This document shows, piece after piece, positions 1 to 8,246 of a stretch of 64,000 nucleotides of DNA. Origin of the DNA: an uncultured Haloferula sp. (GTDB lineage Bacteria > Verrucomicrobiota > Verrucomicrobiia > Verrucomicrobiales > Akkermansiaceae); NCBI GenBank assembly GCA_965652295.1, contig CBFGTS010000008.1, positions 1-64,000 of the forward strand. The letters are read 5' to 3'. Below the pieces are notes generated by a model. It saw nothing but the letters and a program-made list of their open reading frames with translations. It was not told the DNA's origin and ran no database searches. The position numbers and the translations under genes were made by a program. Position 1 is the stretch's first letter. Each line of letters opens with the position of its first letter.

Positions 1-16
1 GGGAGCATGCCACGCC

Positions 17-308
17 TCAAAATCGAGTACCAGTCCCTTTTGAGATAGCTTCTAGGACGAAGTGGGAGGCCTTGTAGAGGTCGATCCAATTCGGGGCGGT
101 GGTTCCGTCGGGCTTCTTGCGGTCGACGCGGCGCTCGAAGGTGTAGGTGTTGAGTTCGTTGTTGGCGACGGGCGGGTCGGGCCGCGGGAGGTCGAGGAGA
201 TCGCAGAACTCGAGGAGGAATTGGTGGCCGGCGCCGCGCTCGTGGCCGCCGGATTGGGACCATTTTTTGATGAAGGTGTCGATGGCGTCGGGGGAGGGCT
301 CCGGCATG
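17..308 (-). pseudogene. 5' fragment of an MmeI-like type IIL restriction-modification enzyme, truncated after about 87 aa
   Basis: FIKKWSQSGGHER..QFLLEFCDLLDLPRPDP..YTFERRV..WIDLYKASHFVLEA matches the MmeI N-terminal nuclease region. It then runs into an unrelated tail (ISKGTGTRF) and a stop, with no methyltransferase domain. Confidence 0.75.
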
Positions 309-392
309 TTGTTAGCTTGAGATGTGGTGGCGGGTGGGGTCAATGAAGTATGCCCGCTGCGCGGGAGCGCCGGATGCCGAGGGGAGTTTGCA

Positions 393-416
393 AGTTTTCA
401 GTGTTCAGTTTTCAGG
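393..416 (+). repeat. Heptamer tandem repeat (AGTKTTC)x3 followed by AGG
   Basis: AGTTTTC-AGTGTTC-AGTTTTC-AGG, read directly. Confidence 0.85.
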
Positions 417-654
417 TAAGAGAGGAAGAAACCCATGGAAGTTGATGATCGTATGGGAGATGTGGTTGACGGGATTTCGAGAAGCCGATGGTGGGGCACA
501 AGCTGATGCAGGGGATCGCACGGGAATCGGAAAGTCATTTTGCCGCTGAGCCTCAAAGGGCGCGGAGAAGCACGAAGTTCGATTCCTTGGAACGATAGTT
601 TTCTTGGAGTCCCTTGGTGGCCTTAGTGCCTTTGCGGTAAGCTGTTGCCCTAAG

Positions 655-843
655 GCGCTGGCAAGCGAGCTGACCGAGAAGCTGCGCAACAGCACCTCGG
701 TGGATTGGCAGGTGAGGGACAGCGTGCGGGCGAGGATGCGGATCCTGATCCGGCAGCGTTTGAGGAAATACAAGTATCCGCCGGAAGGGTATGACGAGGC
801 GATCGGGCTGGTGCCCAAGCAGGCGGAGGAGATGAGTTGCTAG
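655..843 (+). pseudogene. hsdR: C-terminal fragment of type I restriction subunit HsdR (DUF3387-like)
   Basis: LASELTEKLRNSTSVDWQVRDSVRARMRILIRQRLRKYKYPP is the typical HsdR C-terminus. No helicase domain lies upstream. Confidence 0.8.
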
Positions 844-858
844 TGTTCAGTGTTCAGG
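842..858 (+). repeat. Heptamer tandem repeat (AGTGTTC)x2 followed by AGG
   Basis: Same unit and same AGG/purine-rich tail as 393-416. Confidence 0.8.
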
Positions 859-887
859 GAAGAAAAGAGTTCAAAACGAACGGAGAT

Positions 888-985
888 CCGGAGCGGGCCG
901 CTCCGGGCACGGCCTGCGGCGGGCCGCCGCAGCCACCTTGCAGGCGGATTGAAATCCGCCGGGGAAAGCGGCGATGAATCGCCGC
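888..985. repeat. Cluster of four short perfect palindromes (REP-like)
   Basis: 888-906 CCGGAGCGG-G-CCGCTCCGG; 914-932 CTGCGGCGG-G-CCGCCGCAG; 943-960 GGCGGATT-GA-AATCCGCC; 968-985 GCGGCGAT-GA-ATCGCCGC. Confidence 0.7.
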
Positions 986-1006
986 GGTCTAACAAGGAGG
1001 ATCAAG

Positions 1007-1041
1007 AAAAGAGCCGCGCTTGTTTCCAAGGGCGGCTCTTT
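1007..1041 (-). terminator. Intrinsic terminator downstream of pgi (possibly bidirectional)
   Basis: AAAGAGCCGC...GCGGCTCTTT stem with A/T tails, about 45 bp past the pgi stop. Confidence 0.7.
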
Positions 1042-1084
1042 GAAGTGAGAGGGGAAGAGAAGCGGGTTAGAAACGCCGCTCTCC

Positions 1085-2638
1085 TCAGAGGGAGAAGGTG
1101 TCGCCTTCGGGGGTGTCGCCGAGGGCGACCTGGACTTCGCCGTTGGCGGCGAGGTGGTTGAGGCAGTGATAGACGTCCTCGGGGTCGCCGTCGGCTTCGT
1201 AGGCGACCTCGGTGGCGGTCTTGGGGTCCCCGGTGAGGCGGCCGCGGACGGCGTTGAGGAGGTCGAGGAAGGTGGCGGCGGCCTTTTTCCCGGCCTCCAC
1301 GCCGGGCTGGTGGTAGGCGTTGATGTTCACCAGCGAGGCGTAGAAGGAAACGGCGCGCTCGAAGAGACCGATCAGGAGACCGAGCTGGAAGGGATTCACC
1401 TCGGGGATGGAGAGGGTGATCGACTTGCGGCCGGACTCGTAGAGCGCCTTGCGGGTGCCGCGCAGGAAGCCTTGAAGGTAGTCGGCGGAGGAGTTGCCGG
1501 GCTCGACCTCGATGGTGTCGCCTTCGCGGCCCTTGCGGACCTCGATGAAGGTGGCGAAGAAGTTGGCGACGCCGTCGCGGAGCTGCTGGACGTAGGCGTG
1601 CTGGTCGGTCGAGCCCTTGTTGCCGTAAACGGCGATGCCCTGGTTGACGACGTTGCCGTCGAGGTCCTTTTCCTTGCCGAGCGACTCCATGACGAGCTGC
1701 TGGAGGTATTTGGAAAACAGGACGAGCGAGTCCTTGTAGGGGAGGACGACCATGTCCTTCTCGCCCTTGCCATTGCCGGCGGCATACCAGGCGAGCGCGA
1801 GGCGCATGGCGGCGTTTTTCTGCGCATCGGTCTTGCGGGTTTCCGCGTCCATGGCGGCGGCGCCGGCGAGGAAGGCGTCGATATCGATGCCTTGGAGCGC
1901 GGCGGGTACGAGACCCACGGTGGACATGACGGAGGTGCGGCCGCCGACCCAGTCTTCCATGGGGAAGCGGGTGATGAAGCCTTCCTGCTCGGCGAACTGG
2001 TCGAGCTTCGAGCCGGGGCCGGTGATGGCGACGGCGTGCTTGCCGAAATCGAGCCCGGCGGCGTCGTAGGCGGCCTTGGTCTCGACCATGCCGTTGCGGG
2101 TCTCGGGCGTGCCGCCGGATTTCGAAACGACGAGGGCGAGGGTGCGGGAGAGGCCGGTCTGGCCGATTTCCGCCAGGGTGCGGTCGATGCCGGCGGGGTC
2201 GGTGTTGTCGAGGAAATGGATCTTCAGCCGCGAGTCGTGGCCGAGGGCGTCGTTGACGAGCTGGGGTCCGAGGGCGGAGCCGCCGATGCCGATGACGAGG
2301 AGGTTTTCAAACCGGCCGCCGGCGGGTGGGGCGATTTCGCCGCCGTGGACTTTCGCGGCGAAGTCCTTGAGCGCCTCAAGCGGCTCGGTGATGGCGGCGC
2401 GCAGCTCGTCGTTCGGCGCGAGGTCGGGATTGCGCAGCCAGTAGTGGCCGACCATGCGGCCTTCGTCGGGATTGGCGATGCCGCCGGCTTCGAGCTGCTG
2501 GAGGTCGGCGAAGGCTTTCTGAACCTTGTCGGACATGCTCTCGAGCCAGGACGGATCGAGATCCATCAGCGAGGTATCAAGAGTGAATCCGAGTTCGGGG
2601 TAGCGGATCAACGAGGCGGAGTAGGTGCTCAGGGACAT
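1085..2638 (-). CDS. pgi: Glucose-6-phosphate isomerase
   Basis: [41 protein letters not shown] and QPGVEAGK motifs. Confidence 0.97.
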   Translation of the reverse strand: MSLSTYSASLIRYPELGFTLDTSLMDLDPSWLESMSDKVQKAFADLQQLEAGGIANPDEGRMVGHYWLRNPDLAPNDELRAAITEPLEALKDFAAKVHGGEIAPPAGGRFENLLVIGIGGSALGPQLVNDALGHDSRLKIHFLDNTDPAGIDRTLAEIGQTGLSRTLALVVSKSGGTPETRNGMVETKAAYDAAGLDFGKHAVAITGPGSKLDQFAEQEGFITRFPMEDWVGGRTSVMSTVGLVPAALQGIDIDAFLAGAAAMDAETRKTDAQKNAAMRLALAWYAAGNGKGEKDMVVLPYKDSLVLFSKYLQQLVMESLGKEKDLDGNVVNQGIAVYGNKGSTDQHAYVQQLRDGVANFFATFIEVRKGREGDTIEVEPGNSSADYLQGFLRGTRKALYESGRKSITLSIPEVNPFQLGLLIGLFERAVSFYASLVNINAYHQPGVEAGKKAAATFLDLLNAVRGRLTGDPKTATEVAYEADGDPEDVYHCLNHLAANGEVQVALGDTPEGDTFSL

Positions 2639-2751
2639 GAATGGGAAATTTTCAGGAAAGAGTTGGGCCGACCGTAGCCGGAGGTCGGGAGCGGGCAAGT
2701 CGGAGGGATGGCTTCATGACAGATCGTGCTCGTTTCCGCCATGAGCGGGGC

Positions 2752-3276
2752 TCATTCGTAGGTGAGGATCGACTCGATGCGGTGGTTTCCCAGAACGGAG
2801 CGGCCGTTGAGGAAGGAAAGCTCGATCAGGAACGATGCGGCGACCAGATCGGCACCAAGGCCATCGATGAGCTGGATCGCGGCCGCGGCCGTGCCGCCGG
2901 TGGCGAGCAAGTCATCGACGAGCAGCACGCTTTCGCCGGCGGCGAGGGAGTCCTCGTGGATCTCCACCTCGGCCTCGCCGTATTCCAGGCTGTAGGCCAG
3001 GCCGCGCGTCTGCCAGGGGAGCTTGCCCGCTTTGCGGATCGGGATGAAGCCCGCGTTGAGCCGGTCGGCCACGGCGGCGGCGAAGATGAATCCGCGGGCG
3101 TCGATGCCGACGACCTTGTCGATCTTCCGACCGCCGGCGGTTTCGCACAGCAGGGCGATCGATTGTTGGAAGAGCGCGGGGTTGGCGAGGATGGGGGTGA
3201 TGTCTTTGAAGATGATCCCGGGTTTCGGGAAATCCGGGACATCGCGGACGGCGGCGCGGAGCAGATCGGTGGCCAT
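2752..3276 (-). CDS. apt: Adenine phosphoribosyltransferase
   Basis: PDFPKPGIIFKDITP, IDARGF, RKAGKLP and VDDLLATGGT motifs. Confidence 0.97.
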   Translation of the reverse strand: MATDLLRAAVRDVPDFPKPGIIFKDITPILANPALFQQSIALLCETAGGRKIDKVVGIDARGFIFAAAVADRLNAGFIPIRKAGKLPWQTRGLAYSLEYGEAEVEIHEDSLAAGESVLLVDDLLATGGTAAAAIQLIDGLGADLVAASFLIELSFLNGRSVLGNHRIESILTYE

Positions 3277-3396
3277 GAGCGGACGCTGCATGATCGGTGC
3301 CGGGCGGCCAAGTCCTGAACACGCGGTTTGCTGCTGACAGGTCACCGCGGCCGTGTAGCCTCGGTGCACACCCCTTACTCGTTGTCCCACCCCCAC

Positions 3397-3990
3397 ATGC
3401 CGGAGGAAGCCCGCCAGCCGGATCCGGATGCCGACCTCGTCGAACGCGCGCGGCATGGGGACACCCGCGCCTTCGACGCGCTGATCCTCAAGTACGGGGA
3501 CCGTCTCTACGGCCTGATCTACAACATGACCTCCCACAAGGAGGACACCCACGACCTGCTGCAGGACGTCTTTTCAAAGGCCTACCACTCGCTGCCGCGC
3601 TTCAAGGGGCGGTCGTCGTTCTACACCTGGATCTACCAGATCGCGGTGAACATGACGCTGAACTTCTTGAAAAAGAAGAAGCGCCGCGCCGGGCTCTCGC
3701 TCAACGACATGGACTCGTCGGTGCAGAACGATCCGGCGCTGGTGGATCTGGCGCACGAGGCGAACCCTGAAAAGCAAAGCAATCTGAATGAATTGCAGAA
3801 AAGATTGAACGAAGCCATGCAGAGGCTGTCTGAATCTCACAGAACGGTGGTGACCCTCTTTGACATCCAAGGGGTGCCTCATGGGGAAATCGCCGCGATC
3901 CTGAAGGTGTCCGAGGGCACCGTCAGGTCCCGCCTTCACTACGCACACCAGCATCTTCAGAGCTTCCTCCAGGATTTCTGGGATCCCTAG
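3397..3990 (+). CDS. ECF sigma-70 factor (RpoE-like)
   Basis: GDTRAFDALILKY, DLLQDVF, FKGRSSFYTWIYQIAVN and EIAAILKVSEGTVRSRLH motifs. Confidence 0.93.
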   Translation: MPEEARQPDPDADLVERARHGDTRAFDALILKYGDRLYGLIYNMTSHKEDTHDLLQDVFSKAYHSLPRFKGRSSFYTWIYQIAVNMTLNFLKKKKRRAGLSLNDMDSSVQNDPALVDLAHEANPEKQSNLNELQKRLNEAMQRLSESHRTVVTLFDIQGVPHGEIAAILKVSEGTVRSRLHYAHQHLQSFLQDFWDP

Positions 3991-4054
3991 GATTCTAAAA
4001 AAATCTTGCGGTGGCCGAGAAATTTAATAAATTTTAACCATTCCTGAACCCGCC

Positions 4055-4450
4055 GTGAAACCGACCCACCAACAGGTAAGTGATCTTCTGGCATTGAAAC
4101 GCCACGAGCGTCCGCCGGAAGGTTACATGGACGATTTCCTGCGCGAGTTCCATCATCGCCGTGCGGAAGAAAGCCGCGCCGGTGCCGGTGCCACGGGCTT
4201 GTGGGAACGGATTTCCGGTTGGTTCGCCGATCAAGGCATGGCTCGCTGGGCTTACGGTGCCGGGCTGGCCTACGCGGCGATCGTCGCGGTGGTGCTGGTG
4301 GTTCCGCGCGAGCAATCGGCGGATTCGATCGCGCCGGAAGCGATCAGCCATCCGGTGGTGGCTCCCGTTCCGGCGTCCGAGTCCTCGCAGCTCAAGGAGC
4401 TGAACTTCGACGACGACGCCGAGGGCGTGGTGGGCGAGCAGGAGTTCTGA
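4055..4450 (+). CDS. Single-TM protein, probable anti-sigma factor
   Basis: Lies directly after the ECF gene, with a short cytoplasmic N-terminus, one hydrophobic segment (GAGLAYAAIVAVVLVV) and an acidic tail. GTG start. Confidence 0.6.
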   Translation: MKPTHQQVSDLLALKRHERPPEGYMDDFLREFHHRRAEESRAGAGATGLWERISGWFADQGMARWAYGAGLAYAAIVAVVLVVPREQSADSIAPEAISHPVVAPVPASESSQLKELNFDDDAEGVVGEQEF

Positions 4451-4463
4451 CCCACCCGCGGCA

Positions 4464-5300
4464 ATGACGGTCAGGGTGGCGGAAGGCCTGGTGGGGGCGT
4501 TCCTTGCTCTGTGGTTGGCTTCGGCGGGACCCGCGTCCGCGCAGGAGCGGGTGGTTTTGACGGAGATCGCGCATCCGGCATGTTCCGGGGTGGTGCAGGG
4601 ATTTTATCGGGCGGGAAGCGGCGTGATGATTTCGGCGCTTCCGGCGTCCGCCGAACCCCCCGGGGCTGCGGAGGCGACCGATGGCTGGCGGTTTCGGGCG
4701 TTCGATCCGGTCTCGAAGCTCGCGATTTTTTCAAACGCCGGAGATGGTTTCGATGCCGGCTGGCTCGGCGGGCGGTGCGCGGCCGGGTCCCGACTGACGA
4801 CCCTGGACGGACGTCCGGTGGACGTGGCGGCGGAAATCCGGCAATGGCGGGGAAGCTTTCTCCCGTTCACTTTGTTTTCGGCCGGCATGGTGCCGCCTCC
4901 GGCGATCGGGACGCCTTTGTTCGACGGGCAGGGCAGGGTGGCGGCGATCGTTTCGCACGCGGAAAAGGACGGACGGGTATTTTTGATTCCCGGGCCTACG
5001 GTGGAGCGCGTGGTTTCCGATCTGGTCCGGCACGGAGAGCTGCGGCGGGTGAGCCTGGGGTTGGTGCTTTCGCCCCGGCAGTCCGAGCCGCGCGTGGTTC
5101 GCCTGCTTCCGGGTTCGGTGGCTGCCAAGGCGGGCGTCATCGCGGGCGATCGGATCAAGCTCGTCAACGGCCGGCCGACGGAGGACTACGCTGATGTGGT
5201 GGACGCTTTTTTCCTGCTGCGTCCGGGTCTGCCGGTGAGGCTTGGCGTGGAACGGGGAGGACAAGTCTTCGAGTTGCGTCTCTTGCCTGAGTCGACGTGA
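4464..5300 (+). CDS. Exported PDZ-domain protein with a degenerate trypsin-like domain (HtrA-like)
   Basis: Signal peptide; GTPLFDGQGRVAAI; C-terminal PDZ (SLGLVL..PGSVAAKAGVIAGDRIKLVNG). Confidence 0.7.
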   Translation: MTVRVAEGLVGAFLALWLASAGPASAQERVVLTEIAHPACSGVVQGFYRAGSGVMISALPASAEPPGAAEATDGWRFRAFDPVSKLAIFSNAGDGFDAGWLGGRCAAGSRLTTLDGRPVDVAAEIRQWRGSFLPFTLFSAGMVPPPAIGTPLFDGQGRVAAIVSHAEKDGRVFLIPGPTVERVVSDLVRHGELRRVSLGLVLSPRQSEPRVVRLLPGSVAAKAGVIAGDRIKLVNGRPTEDYADVVDAFFLLRPGLPVRLGVERGGQVFELRLLPEST

Positions 5301-5902
5301 GCGGGGAGATCAAGGTCGAAGCCCGGACGGGAGCTGGAATGCAGGAGGCCCTGGCGGATCTTGCGCGGCTTCGGATCGAGGTTTTCCGCGAGTTTCCCTA
5401 CCTCTACGAGGGCACCGAGGGGGCCGAGCGTGATTACCTGGCGGAGTTCGCGGAGGCGGAAGGTGCGGTGCTGGTCGTGGCGACCACCGGAGGAGAGCTG
5501 ATCGGCGCCTCGACCGGTCTGCCGCTCGCCGAGGCGAACGAGTGCTTTGCCCGGCCATGGGTGGAAGCCGGGGAAGATCCGCGGGAGTGGTTTTATTTCG
5601 GCGAATCGGTTCTGCGTCGGCCGTTGCGGGGGCGGGGGATCGGCGGCCGTTTTTTCGATCTGCGCGAGGCCCATGCGGTGAAGCAGGGCTTCCGGAAGCT
5701 GACGTTCTGCGCGGTGGAGCGTCCGTCGGATCACCCGTTCCGCCCAATGGATTACCGGCCGCTGGACGCGTTCTGGGCACGGCGCGGGTTCGCGAAACGC
5801 CCCGGGCTGGTGGCGGAGCTCGGCTGGGTGCAGGTGGACTCCGGCGGAGAGGAAACCGCCAACCGCCTGACGTTCTGGACGCGCGAACTCGGTCAAATGT
5901 AG
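5297..5902 (+). CDS. GNAT family N-acetyltransferase
   Basis: LARLRIEVFREFPYLYEG, YFGESVL..RGRGIG and FWARRGF motifs. Confidence 0.9.
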   Translation: MSGEIKVEARTGAGMQEALADLARLRIEVFREFPYLYEGTEGAERDYLAEFAEAEGAVLVVATTGGELIGASTGLPLAEANECFARPWVEAGEDPREWFYFGESVLRRPLRGRGIGGRFFDLREAHAVKQGFRKLTFCAVERPSDHPFRPMDYRPLDAFWARRGFAKRPGLVAELGWVQVDSGGEETANRLTFWTRELGQM

Positions 5903-6306
5903 TACATCGCCCCACCGCTCCGCTCGGCGAGCGTGCGGAGGTTGATCTTGTCCAGTTCCTTGCGGGTTTGATCGAGCACTCCGGCCCATGCGCTGCGGAC
6001 GACGGTTCCGCTTTCGCCCTCGGCGCCGGGGGCGTTCGACAGCATGCCGGGCTCCACTGCGTTGACGATGTCGAGCAGGGTGATGTTGACCGGCGAGCGG
6101 CCGAGCAGGTAGCCGCCGGCCTTGCCGCGACGGCTGTCCACCAGTCCGTCGCGCTTGAGGTCGTTGAGAATCTGGACCAGAAAGTTTCCCGACACGGCTT
6201 CCCGTTGCGCCAGCTCGTCAAGCCGTGTAAGGGTCTTGCCGTCATGGCGCTTGGCGAGTTGAACCATCGCCCTGCAGGCATAGTCGAGTTTTTGGGAAAT
6301 CCTCAT
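5893..6306 (-). CDS. Rrf2 family transcriptional regulator (CymR-like)
   Basis: MRISQKLDYACRAM, FLVQILNDLKRDGLVDSRRGKAGGYLL. It has no Fe-S Cys triad and ends in MYYI. Confidence 0.9.
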   Translation of the reverse strand: MRISQKLDYACRAMVQLAKRHDGKTLTRLDELAQREAVSGNFLVQILNDLKRDGLVDSRRGKAGGYLLGRSPVNITLLDIVNAVEPGMLSNAPGAEGESGTVVRSAWAGVLDQTRKELDKINLRTLAERSGGAMYYI

Positions 6307-7195
6307 GGAGTCAGCGCAACACACTGAAGCGGAGCCGGGAAGCGAGAAGCATGTCCGCATTTGCGCGGCCCGCGGAATCAACGTGGCAGCCATCTGGGAG
6401 GAAATCCGGGAGAAGGCCGCCCAGGTGGCGGAGGAGGAGCCGGGGCTCAGGAGTCTTTTGGACGATGTGATCCTCGGGCGGGAATCGTTGGGGGAAGCCA
6501 TGGCCGTGCGGCTCGCGCGCAAGCTGGCGCGGGAGGACATGACGCGGGAGGAACTCAGCCCGCTGCTTTTCCGCGTCCTGGAGCAGAACCCGTGGATCGT
6601 GGCGAGCGCGGCGCGGGATCTGGAGGCGATCGTGCAGCGCGATCCGGCCTGCGACTCACCGCTCCATCCCTTGCTGTTTTTCAAAGGCTTCCTGGCGATT
6701 TCGACCTATCGTATCTCCCATCAGTTCTGGAGGGCCGGGCGCTGCGCGCTGGCCTACTACTTCCAGAGTCTCGCGAGCGAGGTGTTCGGTGTGGACATCC
6801 ACCCGGCGGCCAACATCGGCTGCGGGATCATGCTCGATCACGCGACCAGCTTCGTCGTCGGAGAGACGGCGGTGATCGAGGACGACGTTTCCATTTTGCA
6901 CGAGGTCACCCTGGGTGGCACCGGGAAGGAAACCGGTGACCGCCATCCCATCGTCCGCAGCGGCGTGTTGCTCGGGGCCGGGGCGAAGATTCTCGGCCGG
7001 GTGGAGATCGGCGAAGGAGCCAAGGTGGGAGCGGGGAGCGTGGTGCTCGCGGACGTGGAGGCTCATAGCACCGTCGCCGGCGTGCCTGCGGTGGTGGTCG
7101 GGGTGAGCGCCGATCCCTCTCCGGCGCTGGCCATGGATCAACGGCTGCTCTGCGCCGGCCGTCGTGGAAGCTCACCTGAGGCTAGCCAAGCTTAA
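6305..7195 (+). CDS. cysE: Serine O-acetyltransferase (true start may be the GTG at 6383)
   Basis: RDPAC..PLLFFKGF, VDIHPAA, MLDHAT, LGGTGKETGDRHP and GVPA motifs. Confidence 0.95.
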   Translation: MESAQHTEAEPGSEKHVRICAARGINVAAIWEEIREKAAQVAEEEPGLRSLLDDVILGRESLGEAMAVRLARKLAREDMTREELSPLLFRVLEQNPWIVASAARDLEAIVQRDPACDSPLHPLLFFKGFLAISTYRISHQFWRAGRCALAYYFQSLASEVFGVDIHPAANIGCGIMLDHATSFVVGETAVIEDDVSILHEVTLGGTGKETGDRHPIVRSGVLLGAGAKILGRVEIGEGAKVGAGSVVLADVEAHSTVAGVPAVVVGVSADPSPALAMDQRLLCAGRRGSSPEASQA

Positions 7196-7217
7196 GCTTC
7201 CCTGATATTTCCGGAAC

Positions 7218-8201
7218 ATGGATTTCGTCCGTGGTCTCCTTCTCGCCTCGATCCTGCTGGGATCGGGGTGCGAAAAGATCAACGGCCTGTTGGGCCGGGG
7301 GGAGACCAATGGCGGAATCGCTGTTCCCGATCCGGGTGGTGAGGTGGATTCCCCGTACGCCGGGTTGGTGATGCGGACGGCGGACGGGGTGAGTTTTCGG
7401 AGGGATCTGCCGTTTCCTACCGAGATCCGGGGGAAGGTGAGGATCGTCGAGGAGCGCAAGGGGGTGCGGGTGGTTGGTAGTTCCGCGATCGGCCGGGAAA
7501 CCGAGATGCTCAACGGCAAGGTCGAGACGCTCGTGAGCTACATGAAGCGCTCCGGTGAATTCCTGCTGACGCTTGATCGCGCGGAGAAGGACATTCTGGA
7601 GGAGGACGGCGAGGAGATGCCGGACGTGGTCAAGCCGGCTTCATCCGGCGCCCCGGAAGGAAAGACACTTCATTATCTCCTCGGTGAGAAGGGATGGTAT
7701 CACAAGGGGGCCCGCAATGAGACGGATTTCGAGGTGATCGTGTGGGCGGACACGGTGGGGGAGGATCTGCCGAACCTGATGGTGGAGGCCGGGGCGCATC
7801 CCCGCAGCCAGTGGTTTTCCTCGGCGAGATCCTGGCGGGTAGGGGACCGGATCGTGCTCACCGGCAGCACGATCAAGATGTTGGAGCCTTTCAACGTGGG
7901 GGGCCGTGTGTCCCTCGTCTTCGAGGGCGAGGAGGCGGTGGGCGGGCATCCGTGCGGGGTGTTTGCCGTCGAGGGTGCCTACTCCGTCAAGAACCGTCCG
8001 AATTTCCAGGGCGAACGCCACGACATGGAGGTGACGATCAGCTCGGGCCGGATCTGGGCATCGTTGCTTTATCCGGTGATTCTCCACGAGGATCTCGAAA
8101 CGATCCGCACCGTGACCGCCCGGCGGGGCAGCACCCGCAAGCAGATGCAGGGGGCGGTGAGGTTGGTGCGGTCGCGCGCGTGGCAGCCGCTTCAGAAATG
8201 A
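7218..8201 (+). CDS. Hypothetical lipoprotein
   Basis: Lipobox-like LLGSG-C; 327-aa beta-rich ORF that fills the gap between known genes. Confidence 0.7.
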   Translation: MDFVRGLLLASILLGSGCEKINGLLGRGETNGGIAVPDPGGEVDSPYAGLVMRTADGVSFRRDLPFPTEIRGKVRIVEERKGVRVVGSSAIGRETEMLNGKVETLVSYMKRSGEFLLTLDRAEKDILEEDGEEMPDVVKPASSGAPEGKTLHYLLGEKGWYHKGARNETDFEVIVWADTVGEDLPNLMVEAGAHPRSQWFSSARSWRVGDRIVLTGSTIKMLEPFNVGGRVSLVFEGEEAVGGHPCGVFAVEGAYSVKNRPNFQGERHDMEVTISSGRIWASLLYPVILHEDLETIRTVTARRGSTRKQMQGAVRLVRSRAWQPLQK

Positions 8202-8246
8202 CCGACACCGTTGACCGGTGCGGGCATGCCGCGTATGTCCGGGCGC

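Noticed and set aside
7..48. Plus-strand MPRLKIEY resembling a RAYT transposase N-terminus
   Set aside because: It stops after 13 codons with no HUH motif, which is too short to support a call.
393..985. CRISPR array
   Set aside because: The repeats are 7-bp tandem units or isolated palindromes with no regular repeat-spacer period, and there are no cas genes.
1154..2677. Long antisense ORFs over pgi, pyc, aroA, the kinases, GH31, the oxidoreductase and thiH
   Set aside because: All lie opposite well-supported genes and have typical shadow composition.
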